From a virus: DNA of 64,000 nt. Positions within the stretch are counted from its first letter, which is position 1; each line of letters begins with the position of its first letter. The translations under genes were made by a program, and so were the position numbers. The notes below the pieces were generated by a model that had not been told where the DNA came from, did not search any database, and saw only the letters and a program-made list of their open reading frames with translations. The stretch lies in the IMG/VR virus record IMGVR_UViG_3300017774_005745, positions 1-64,000 of that record; one strand, written 5' to 3'. Positions 54,935-63,105 of the stretch are shown piece by piece.

Positions 54935-55066
54935 CTAACCTCCAAGTTAGCTGAGACTTACGTATGGCTCCGCCATCGCAGGGCGGAGTGTTTACGTTGT
55001 CCCAAGGGGCTGCGCGTTCTCACCAACGCGTCAGCAAGTAGTACGTTCGATTTTCTTCGAAGTCAA

Positions 55067-55387
55067 TCAAAGACCGGGCACATCATCCTCTGGTATACTT
55101 TCTTCAGACTCCGTACCAGATGTTGTGGTGGGGGTAGGTGACCCTCGAAAGAGGATGTTCGCAAGTTGCTCTTCAATCTGTTGGATGGCCTCTCTGAGAG
55201 AAGCTTCCGCGTTCTTCCCAGGCTCATTGAAGGACCCAGAGCCGTAAACCTCTCCAGACTCTGCATGGAGAATGATGTACTTACCTGACGCGGTCATTAC
55301 CGTATCATCTCCTGAGGGACTCACTTTGATGGCGAGTTCCACCACTCTGATAGAGTCGGCCTTGAGTGGAGATGACCTGGTAATCAT
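55067..55387 (-). CDS. hypothetical protein with acidic tail
   Basis: ORF coupled by an ATGA overlap. Confidence 0.65.
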   Translation of the reverse strand: MITRSSPLKADSIRVVELAIKVSPSGDDTVMTASGKYIILHAESGEVYGSGSFNEPGKNAEASLREAIQQIEEQLANILFRGSPTPTTTSGTESEESIPEDDVPGL

Positions 55388-55758
55388 GGGTAGCTAGCTT
55401 TCTTGGAATCGAGAATCTTCTTCAACTCAATGTCGCCGAGTTGCTGATGCTCCGCAGCAAACTGTCGTGCGAGAACACCCGCAAAGTCGATTGCCTTTTC
55501 AATCGTCACTGCGTCTTGGTTACAGCTCAAAGAGATAGTGACCATTGCCCCTGCGCCAGTCCCAAAGTCCTTGATGCTCATGTCTGATGACACTGAGATG
55601 TGGGCCTGTCCATCGCCGATGAGCTCTTCGTACTTATCCATAAGAACCTCCATGTAGTCATCTTGAAGCCCTAGTTGGGCTACTTCGTTGTAGGTTTTGT
55701 TTTTGTCGCCGAAGGTTCTGATGATTTTGACCTTCGGGTCTCTTATCTTCTTTTCCAT
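55384..55758 (-). CDS. hypothetical protein (124 aa)
   Basis: ORF abutting both neighbours. Confidence 0.7.
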   Translation of the reverse strand: MEKKIRDPKVKIIRTFGDKNKTYNEVAQLGLQDDYMEVLMDKYEELIGDGQAHISVSSDMSIKDFGTGAGAMVTISLSCNQDAVTIEKAIDFAGVLARQFAAEHQQLGDIELKKILDSKKASYP

Positions 55759-56373
55759 TTAGTCACCTTTCTTCTCTCCGAAGAAGGCGAGAGCCTTTGG
55801 TCCCTTCACCTGAGCAGTGGCTTCTTTCTCGTCGTATGAGGCATCGACTACATCTTCATGCCCGTGGTCGATGAGCCACTTCGTGACAAGGTCGTAGTCG
55901 ATTTCGTACTTCTCTTGAACGAGCCTGTACTTCTTCCCGTTCTTATCGACGCTCTCCAAGCCTCTCAGGTCCTTCTCAAGACCCTTGGACCGTGCTTGCT
56001 GCATCAATGCTTCTCCGTCCAACCACCGCCTTGTGACAGAGGAGACATGGAAAGACCCATACGAAGTGACGCTGGGTTTCCCATCTCTCCCACGCCACTG
56101 CGAGGGGGCCAGTTGAACGAACTGACGGAGGGAGTTCTTGGCGTTCTGGAGCTTTGTGTTTCTCTCTTCGAGGAGATTCTTGAACTCATCAATCATCGCC
56201 TTGAATTGCTCGATGATGTTGTTCTTCATTTCCTCGTCGATTGTGCCTGGGGCACCGTCAATGACCATGCCCAGCAGTTCCCCAGACATGAACTGCTCTT
56301 CCAGGTTCGTGTACTTCTTGTCCGTCTCTAGGAACTCATCGATTGCTTTTTCGTACTCAAGTTTCTCGCTCAC
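55759..56373 (-). CDS. hypothetical protein with N-terminal coiled coil
   Basis: 204-aa ORF coupled to neighbours. Confidence 0.7.
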   Translation of the reverse strand: MSEKLEYEKAIDEFLETDKKYTNLEEQFMSGELLGMVIDGAPGTIDEEMKNNIIEQFKAMIDEFKNLLEERNTKLQNAKNSLRQFVQLAPSQWRGRDGKPSVTSYGSFHVSSVTRRWLDGEALMQQARSKGLEKDLRGLESVDKNGKKYRLVQEKYEIDYDLVTKWLIDHGHEDVVDASYDEKEATAQVKGPKALAFFGEKKGD

Positions 56374-57194
56374 TTGATTCCCCTCTCTGGCGCTGGAATG
56401 CCTTGGTGCGTCTCACGAAGAAAGTCGAATAGGCGCATGGCATTCATGAAGTCTTGGACTGTCTTCGAGTAGTCGCCCCGTTCGTCTTTCCAATCCGCTT
56501 TTCTGAGAAGGAACGAAGGGTGAAGGGTAAGAACAACGGGGTAAGTGACCTTCCCGAACTTCCCTTGAATGCTCATCTCGTAAAGCTCACCACGCTTCAT
56601 GGTGATTTCAATCTTCTTCCCAAGGAGGGTCTCAGCGGCGGTCTTCCCAGATGCGATGATGATGGTTGGGTCGACCGTGTAAATCAGATTCGTCAGTCTC
56701 TCCGCACAGGCTTTAATCTCCGGAGGAATCGGTGTCCTATTCTCTGGAGGGCGGCATCCTACGATGTTCGTAACGAAGAAGTTCTTGTCTCTCCACTCGA
56801 ACGCGGCATTCTGGAAGTTCTCTTCATTGGCCTTCGAGTGTCTGGTCTTGACGAACTTCACGTACTCCTGTCGAAGCGCGACGTCATCAGTGACGGATAC
56901 GAGTATCTGATTGAGGAGCCGCCCAGACTTTCCATAGAAAGGAATCAGGGAGTCTGCTTCCTCTTCACCGGGAGCTTCCCCGATAATCATGATACCTGAG
57001 TCTGGGTTCCCTCCACCGAATACAATGTCTTCAATCTCAGTGCCGTCTCCATCACATCGGAACTCAGCCAACTGACACCGCTGGCATTTGAACCACTGCT
57101 CGTAGAGACTTTGAAGCTTCTCCGTCTTACTCTCCCCAGCCAGGTTGTGGATGGGGATGATTACTTCTTCTTTTTTGGCTTTCTTAGCCGCCAT
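56370..57194 (-). CDS. family 4 uracil-DNA glycosylase-like protein (Fe-S type)
   Basis: CQRCQL, IIGEAPGEEE, PFYGKSGRLL, TNIVGCRPPENRTP, C, IIASGKTA, LHPSFLLR. Confidence 0.9.
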   Translation of the reverse strand: MAAKKAKKEEVIIPIHNLAGESKTEKLQSLYEQWFKCQRCQLAEFRCDGDGTEIEDIVFGGGNPDSGIMIIGEAPGEEEADSLIPFYGKSGRLLNQILVSVTDDVALRQEYVKFVKTRHSKANEENFQNAAFEWRDKNFFVTNIVGCRPPENRTPIPPEIKACAERLTNLIYTVDPTIIIASGKTAAETLLGKKIEITMKRGELYEMSIQGKFGKVTYPVVLTLHPSFLLRKADWKDERGDYSKTVQDFMNAMRLFDFLRETHQGIPAPERGIK

Positions 57195-57612
57195 TTTCTT
57201 TCTTTCTGAATGGGCTTTCGATGGACGTAGCAGGAATCACAATCCCTGCCTGCTCCGCCTTGTGCATGACTTTTCTATCGAAGTGTTCTTTGAGGAGAGA
57301 CAGAACTGCAGAGATGGTAACCTCTGGCTGCTCCATGACGTGATAGCAAATCGTCGGGGCCATCCACAGGGACCCTTCTTCGATGAAGTCCCAATCACCG
57401 ACCATGTAGTTGATGACGAGCCCTCCAGCCTGCACCTGAGACATCTTGTAGAGTCTCTTCGGGTTCGTTACGAGGACAGTGGAGTGCGTTGCTTCCTCTC
57501 CGTCTTCGGAAATCTCACCAATGATGGTGTCTGCCCCGACAGTCAGAACAGCCAGATTGTCGAGAACAACGTCCTTATCCTTGAAGAACTGCTTCAACTC
57601 CTCAATCGACAT
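57184..57612 (-). CDS. hypothetical protein
   Basis: Start moved to ATG 57612 (SD GAGGA), overlapping the helicase stop. Confidence 0.65.
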   Translation of the reverse strand: MSIEELKQFFKDKDVVLDNLAVLTVGADTIIGEISEDGEEATHSTVLVTNPKRLYKMSQVQAGGLVINYMVGDWDFIEEGSLWMAPTICYHVMEQPEVTISAVLSLLKEHFDRKVMHKAEQAGIVIPATSIESPFRKKENGG

Positions 57613-59068
57613 CGTCTTCCTCATCTTCAATCTCCTTTAGGCGAGTAAACTCTTGGTCGTAAACTGCTTGTACCGACAACGGAAGTTTTTCTGGTGTCTT
57701 TGCTTCGAGCGGCTTAGCAATTTCAAAGGTGTACTTCCACTCTTTGAGCGTGCGCTTGATGGACGCACATAGCTTCTTGAGAGGGGGAATGAACCAGTCC
57801 TCGAATACGGTCATCTCTGGTGCCTTCTTTCCCTCCCGTGCTCGCTGGATTCTCCCCATGGATTGCTGCAGCGTCGTTCTAGACTTGTATGGGGTGAGCC
57901 AGAACAACGTATCGAGCCGGTCGTCATCTACACCAACCGACCCGAGACGGGCAATCGCAAAACATATCTGGCTATTCCGTAGAGCGTCAGTCCTCAGTTC
58001 CCGCTCTGTCTCCGAGATAATGAGAGCAGAGCCTGGGAACATCTTGTGAAAGAGTCTGAGCTGTGCCTTCGAGTGAGACAGGCAGAGAATCTTCCGTCCA
58101 GAGTCCAGCGCTCTCTTGATAAGCCAATACCTGAACGTGTTTCCGACCAGGTCCTTTCCGAGCTCTGACCGAAGCTTTGACACATTAGTCATTCCATTGA
58201 CCTGTACAGAGGCAAGGTCGATGTGAACTGGAGTCTGTTGGAACGTTACCTTCGGAACCAAGTCTTGTGAGAGGTCAGAGTAGAAGGGTTCACCGATGTG
58301 GTATCGGTAGATAGGGTCGAGGCCGTCTTCTCTTTTGACTGTGGCAGTGAGTCCGATTCTGTCTCCATAGAAAGGAGCCGCTGTCAGACTGAACATCGGA
58401 GCGCCGATTTGATGGACCTCGTCGTAGATGATTTGACCGAAGTACCTAAAGACCTCCTCAGGTACCTTTCCGTCCCGAATCTTCAAGGCCAGAGTCGTCA
58501 CAAGGGCTAAGGTAATAGGCCTTTTCCAATCGAAGGTCTGCCCTTGGATGAGTCCCATCTCTCCCTGGAACCTCAATCCAGGAGGAGTCTCTCCTGAGCC
58601 GTACACTGAGCGTTGCCATTGGTCTAGGATTCCACCATCCGGCACAATGACCAACGTCGGGACCTGCCTCTGGCTAATCTTCTTGAGAGCGAGCTTGGTC
58701 TTTCCTTTGCCGCACCCAAGATTCAGAATCCCGTTGTCGAACAACGAGAGGGCTGCCCAGGCCCTCTCTTGCTCGGCATTTCTCGGTACCACCAGGTCCT
58801 CGAACACGACCTTCTCGAATTCCATTCGGACGTCGATGAAGGGGAACGAGTACTTTGGATACTCTGATGGATTTAAGAACTCACGTGGGCAGATGATGTG
58901 ATTCTTAGTCTCAGACCAGAGTCTATGTGTCTCTTGCTTTCCCTGAACAACAACAGTGAATTCAAGAGCTCGTTTCACTGGCCCCACACGCACCTCTGAC
59001 TTGGGGAGCCAGAGGTGGTTGGAGATGTACGCCTTGCCAGGTTCTTTCTTCGCGAACTCCAGAATCAT
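57602..59068 (-). CDS. superfamily 2 helicase (UvsW/A18-like)
   Basis: LNLGCGKGKT, IIYDEVH, GLTAT.KREDG, QQSMGRIQR. Confidence 0.9.
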   Translation of the reverse strand: MILEFAKKEPGKAYISNHLWLPKSEVRVGPVKRALEFTVVVQGKQETHRLWSETKNHIICPREFLNPSEYPKYSFPFIDVRMEFEKVVFEDLVVPRNAEQERAWAALSLFDNGILNLGCGKGKTKLALKKISQRQVPTLVIVPDGGILDQWQRSVYGSGETPPGLRFQGEMGLIQGQTFDWKRPITLALVTTLALKIRDGKVPEEVFRYFGQIIYDEVHQIGAPMFSLTAAPFYGDRIGLTATVKREDGLDPIYRYHIGEPFYSDLSQDLVPKVTFQQTPVHIDLASVQVNGMTNVSKLRSELGKDLVGNTFRYWLIKRALDSGRKILCLSHSKAQLRLFHKMFPGSALIISETERELRTDALRNSQICFAIARLGSVGVDDDRLDTLFWLTPYKSRTTLQQSMGRIQRAREGKKAPEMTVFEDWFIPPLKKLCASIKRTLKEWKYTFEIAKPLEAKTPEKLPLSVQAVYDQEFTRLKEIEDEEDDVD

Positions 59069-59076
59069 GTTATCTC

Positions 59077-59640
59077 CTACTTTTCTTGGTCTTGGTCATC
59101 TCTTCGAGGGGCCCACACAAACTGACGAACACCCAGGAACAGCTCACCAATTGCCGACTCAAGACCTGCGAGAGCCATATTCTTAGCAACTCGTGTGGCG
59201 AATGTCTCGCTTGGGAACTGCGGTCTCATGATACTTGGAGTAGCCTTGATTGTAGTGAACATCGGGTCTTGAAACTGCCCGAACCTATCGCTGAATTGCC
59301 CCACCTGCGGTACTTGAACAACAGGCTTTGCCGCTTGAGGCGCTGCTGGTGTTATCTTGACGAACTGCTGTTGCGGCACAGGAGCTGACTGCACTGCCAT
59401 TGGTTGCGGAACTGTGTATGCTGCGGGAGCTTGGTACTGGTGGAAGAAGCTCCCCACTCCGGTAGGGGCTGGGGTAACAACAGAGGGCCTGGACTTCAGA
59501 ACCTGGTCCCTGCAGGTGTTTTGAAAGCCACACGCTCTGCATTCTCGGTCTTCGTTGTCGTACTTCGATGTCCCCCAACACGGAGGCTTTGGACCTAAAA
59601 GATTGACACTCTTTGATGGGTCTCCGTATGAAAACGCCAA
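59077..59640 (-). CDS. hypothetical protein with N-terminal Cys cluster and Pro/Gln-rich linker
   Basis: TTG start with SD GGAGG; PPCWG...ECRACGFQNTC. Confidence 0.7.
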   Translation of the reverse strand: MAFSYGDPSKSVNLLGPKPPCWGTSKYDNEDRECRACGFQNTCRDQVLKSRPSVVTPAPTGVGSFFHQYQAPAAYTVPQPMAVQSAPVPQQQFVKITPAAPQAAKPVVQVPQVGQFSDRFGQFQDPMFTTIKATPSIMRPQFPSETFATRVAKNMALAGLESAIGELFLGVRQFVWAPRRDDQDQEK

Positions 59641-59677
59641 ATGTGCTCCTCCGACTGGTAACGGGTCACTGCTATTA

Positions 59678-59688
59678 CTCTTATGCCC
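59678..59688 (-). promoter_or_regulatory. GGGCATAAGAG motif, putative phage promoter of the replication block
   Basis: 38 nt upstream of the first gene of the 19-kb minus-strand block. Confidence 0.55.
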
Positions 59689-59719
59689 TCATTTTTCAAA
59701 GACTTGTTCGCGTCTTTTA

Positions 59720-59749
59720 TTGACCTACAGTAGATAGAGGACTTACACT
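59720..59749 (+). promoter_or_regulatory. sigma70-like promoter (TTGACC-18-TACACT)
   Basis: Divergent intergenic region, preceded by TTTTA. Confidence 0.4.
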
Positions 59750-59791
59750 CTTTGCAGGGAATTCTGCCCATTGATGTTCAAGGAGATTTAA

Positions 59792-61630
59792 ATGCGTACA
59801 GCTGGCGTTATTTTCGACTTCTACGACGATGTTTCGGGTTCCCTCCTCAAGAAAGCGTGCCCAACTGCGGCAGACCTTCCTGAGATTGTGAAAGAAGCCC
59901 ATATCCTCAGCCCAGAGGAGCACGAGGTTCTTCGTGACGAGGCATACGCTCTCACGATGGTGAACAACGGAACGCCTCTTCGGAAGTTCGCCTGCGTTGA
60001 CGCCGGGAACACTGCCCTCTCTGTTCTCTACTTCTCCGACACGGCCGACCTTCTGCCTCACGCCGCAGTGAAGGTAGCTGCCGCAAACCTTGTCGAAGCG
60101 TGCGAAGACTTCGAGCTTCCAGTTCCAGGTTGGCTCAAGACCGCAGCGAAGACGGGAATGTCAAAGACCCGCAATCCATCAAAGCAACCTCAGCAGAGCG
60201 ATGATGTTGAGTGGAGCCAGAGAACGAATCTCAACAGCGTCCAAGGCGGAGCGGACTCAGGTCGAGTCATCCCCACCGCCAGCCAGATGAAGACGGCACA
60301 AGACCATGCTTTTAGCCATATGGCTCGTGTGAAGGGCGCAAAGAAGAAAGACGTCAACCTCGACAGTTTCCACAAGCTGAATCCAGAGGCCAAGCCAAAA
60401 GAGAAGAAGGCTGTGTCGGGGGAGTGGATTCGCGACTTGACGAGGAGTGGAGCTCAGGCTGCTCACGCAGCAGGGAATGCAAGCAAAGTATCTAACTTTG
60501 CGGCCCGCAACTCTATGGCTGGTATGAAGCCAGCAGGAAAGGCGCTGACGTTTGCTCAAAATCAGAAACATCAAGTAGCGGCGAACGCGGCTAACAGTGT
60601 CTCCTCCAAGATGGCCTCAGCCGAGACAACCGAGAAGTTGGCTCTGAGTCCTGGTATGGTTAATTCTCTTGCTCAGTCAGGAGCGCGTAAGAACCCTCTC
60701 AAGGGATTCCAGTTCATGAATCGAATGAATGCCAAGTCAAACGCTCTCTACGACACCGCAAAGAAACTCCCACAAGGGACAGGGGCCCGATCAAAAGTAC
60801 TAGATAGGGCATACAATGCTCGTGAAGGGGCTCTTGGCGCAGAGACCGGGTACAAGGCAAACAGACCTTCCGCTGGCATGAAGAGTGACGCTCGGATAAA
60901 CGCAGAGGTTAAGTACAACCCACAGGGCAAGTACGCGTCCGTCGTAGACGTCTCAGAAGCACAAGAGCAGGTGCTCGTGAAGAGAGCATCGGCTGAGCTC
61001 ACTGCACTTGGTGGGAAGTACCCTCTCGATTCCATGGCTGATGTTCAGAAGGCCGCCGAGTACTTCGAAACGAACTACAAAGAGATGGAGCCAGTCGAGG
61101 CTCATATCTTTGCTGTGAAGACTGCGGCACGTGCTGAAGAGATTGGTGTTCCGACCTCTCACACTCTTCAGAGATACGGTTCCATCGAGTACGCCATTGA
61201 CGTCGATGCACATATGGCCAATCGACTGGCCGTCACGCCACTTGAGTACAGAGAAGTGTACCAAGAGCTTCGCGAGAAGCGCGCCTCAATCGAGCCAGAG
61301 ACATTCGCAAACCTCCTCGCAGAGGCAGACGAAATCTCAGGGCTTCGTTGGGTGTGGGGTGGTGATGTCGCTGACCCCTACTACGCAACCTTCGGTAAGC
61401 AGGCAAATGCGTGGTCCTGGACCGGACGCACTGGAGATTTTACTACCGAAGAAGAGTTGAAGTGGCTTGCAAAGAACGGTAGACCTCTCGTCCACAAGCA
61501 CTTCTCAAGTGAGTTCACGGATTCGTTCATCAAGGACCCGATTACTATCTTTGAGTCCATGCCGGACGACTCGAAGGTCATCCTCTCTCGTCTTGCAAGC
61601 GGTCGCTTTGATGCGATGAATGCGAACTAA
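59792..61630 (+). CDS. putative head/internal virion protein with many K-x-A motifs
   Basis: 612 aa; SD AAGGAG; KVAA, KTAA, KTAQ, KKAV, KMAS, KLAL, KYAS, KRAS, KTAA, KQAN. Confidence 0.65.
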   Translation: MRTAGVIFDFYDDVSGSLLKKACPTAADLPEIVKEAHILSPEEHEVLRDEAYALTMVNNGTPLRKFACVDAGNTALSVLYFSDTADLLPHAAVKVAAANLVEACEDFELPVPGWLKTAAKTGMSKTRNPSKQPQQSDDVEWSQRTNLNSVQGGADSGRVIPTASQMKTAQDHAFSHMARVKGAKKKDVNLDSFHKLNPEAKPKEKKAVSGEWIRDLTRSGAQAAHAAGNASKVSNFAARNSMAGMKPAGKALTFAQNQKHQVAANAANSVSSKMASAETTEKLALSPGMVNSLAQSGARKNPLKGFQFMNRMNAKSNALYDTAKKLPQGTGARSKVLDRAYNAREGALGAETGYKANRPSAGMKSDARINAEVKYNPQGKYASVVDVSEAQEQVLVKRASAELTALGGKYPLDSMADVQKAAEYFETNYKEMEPVEAHIFAVKTAARAEEIGVPTSHTLQRYGSIEYAIDVDAHMANRLAVTPLEYREVYQELREKRASIEPETFANLLAEADEISGLRWVWGGDVADPYYATFGKQANAWSWTGRTGDFTTEEELKWLAKNGRPLVHKHFSSEFTDSFIKDPITIFESMPDDSKVILSRLASGRFDAMNAN

Positions 61631-61639
61631 GGAACGACA

Positions 61640-62170
61640 ATGACAACTAGAATCCACGTTGGTTCTTTCTTCGACGAGCTTGAGAAGATCTCCTCCGCAG
61701 GCCTGGAACTCGCAGGTCTTGGTGTTCTGGCCGCCCCGAGCGTTAAGACACTGATGGATCCTTCGGCAAAGAAGAAGGAGAAGAGCCACGCGAAGTTTGA
61801 AACTGCAGGACTCGGTCTTCTTGCAGCCCACCCTGCGTACGAGATTGGAAAGAAGCTGCTGACTAAGAAGGCAGCTACCGTCTCAAACCCAGCGATGATG
61901 CGTAATCACATGCTGGTCGATTCACAGAAAGCTGCCATCAAGGCACCTGCACAGGCCGCCCCAGCGTTGATGAAGAAAGACCCATCTCATTACTCAGACT
62001 TCACCCCTTCTGCATCTGTGGGACATCAGCCGGTCCAGAAGGCAGCTCCCGCCCCGATGAAGAGCACAAGGGCACTTCCTTCTGCTGGTCCTGTCATGAG
62101 CGCAGCACGCCCCGCAGCCAAGGCTACTGGCGTGATGGCTCGAATCGCTAACACGTTCCGGAAGGCGTAA
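61640..62170 (+). CDS. basic protein with DELEKIS motif and glycine-zipper segments
   Basis: SFFDELEKISS; GLELAGLGVLAA; AGLGLLAA; Ala/Pro/Lys-rich tail. Confidence 0.7.
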   Translation: MTTRIHVGSFFDELEKISSAGLELAGLGVLAAPSVKTLMDPSAKKKEKSHAKFETAGLGLLAAHPAYEIGKKLLTKKAATVSNPAMMRNHMLVDSQKAAIKAPAQAAPALMKKDPSHYSDFTPSASVGHQPVQKAAPAPMKSTRALPSAGPVMSAARPAAKATGVMARIANTFRKA

Positions 62171-63105
62171 TGAAGAGTCCAGAACTAGAACTGTACGAGC
62201 GTCTTCGGGGTGCTGAGGCTAAGAAGCCAACGGCACCTTCGGAGGGGTCTGCCATGGAGAAGGAACTCAGGAAAGAGAATCCAGACGTCTCGACTCCACT
62301 TACAGTTCGAAACATCTTCACTCACTTCGATACGCATCCAGTAGTCCTGGACCTGGCACTCCTCAAGGCGTTTGGGGTTGATTGGTTCTCTTGGGATTCT
62401 TCTACACTGTACCAAGAGATTCAGCGTGTGTTCTTGTCTCAAATCTCAGAACACGCACGTGCGAAGATTCAAGCAATCAAGACTCTCCACGTCTCAGATA
62501 AGCCGTGGACGAGTTGGCAGGTCTTCGAGAAGGTCATTCAAGCTCTGAATAGCAGCATCCCTCGCTGGGAGTTCATGCAGGCTCCCTCGCTGGACCAGCT
62601 CTTTGCAGGGATTGATATCATGACCTCTATTCGTCCGGAGATTTTCGACGACGAAGTGAAGGCGTATATCGCAGCCGCTGTGTTGAACGAGGATGTCTTC
62701 TTCGTTCCCCCGCCCCTGGATTTTGCTCAGGTAGAAGTAAGTCACCCGAGGTACGTGTGTCTAGATTGTGGGAGCGAGGACTCTGCTCTCTTTCATGACG
62801 GAATCTGCGACACATGCTCCCAACGCTTTGACCCAGAGAACGGCTTCTCTTTCCAACCAGACCCAGACCTCATCCGAGACGGCAAAGGAAAGAACGTCAA
62901 GCTGGTTCTTCAGTTCGACCCGGACCCTATTGAGACTCGTTGGAATGAAGTAAAGGATACTCCAACGAAAGATGTAGACCTCCAAGAGACCCAGGTAGAC
63001 GTTCAAGTCGCAAAGCTTCTGCTCTCTCGCGACTACATGAACATCCGACGCAGACAACTCTCAGAGCAGCTTGTTGCTCTCAAGTCTTGGCTAGGGACCG
63101 TATGA
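62170..63105 (+). CDS. hypothetical protein with internal Zn finger
   Basis: 311 aa; CLDC...CDTC; TAATG and ATGA coupling to neighbours. Confidence 0.75.
   Translation: MKSPELELYERLRGAEAKKPTAPSEGSAMEKELRKENPDVSTPLTVRNIFTHFDTHPVVLDLALLKAFGVDWFSWDSSTLYQEIQRVFLSQISEHARAKIQAIKTLHVSDKPWTSWQVFEKVIQALNSSIPRWEFMQAPSLDQLFAGIDIMTSIRPEIFDDEVKAYIAAAVLNEDVFFVPPPLDFAQVEVSHPRYVCLDCGSEDSALFHDGICDTCSQRFDPENGFSFQPDPDLIRDGKGKNVKLVLQFDPDPIETRWNEVKDTPTKDVDLQETQVDVQVAKLLLSRDYMNIRRRQLSEQLVALKSWLGTV

Noticed and set aside
2632-59068. Introns or inteins in nrdJ, polA, dnaB, recA or the SF2 helicase
   Set aside because: Lengths are ordinary, motifs are contiguous and I see no LAGLIDADG or HINT signatures.
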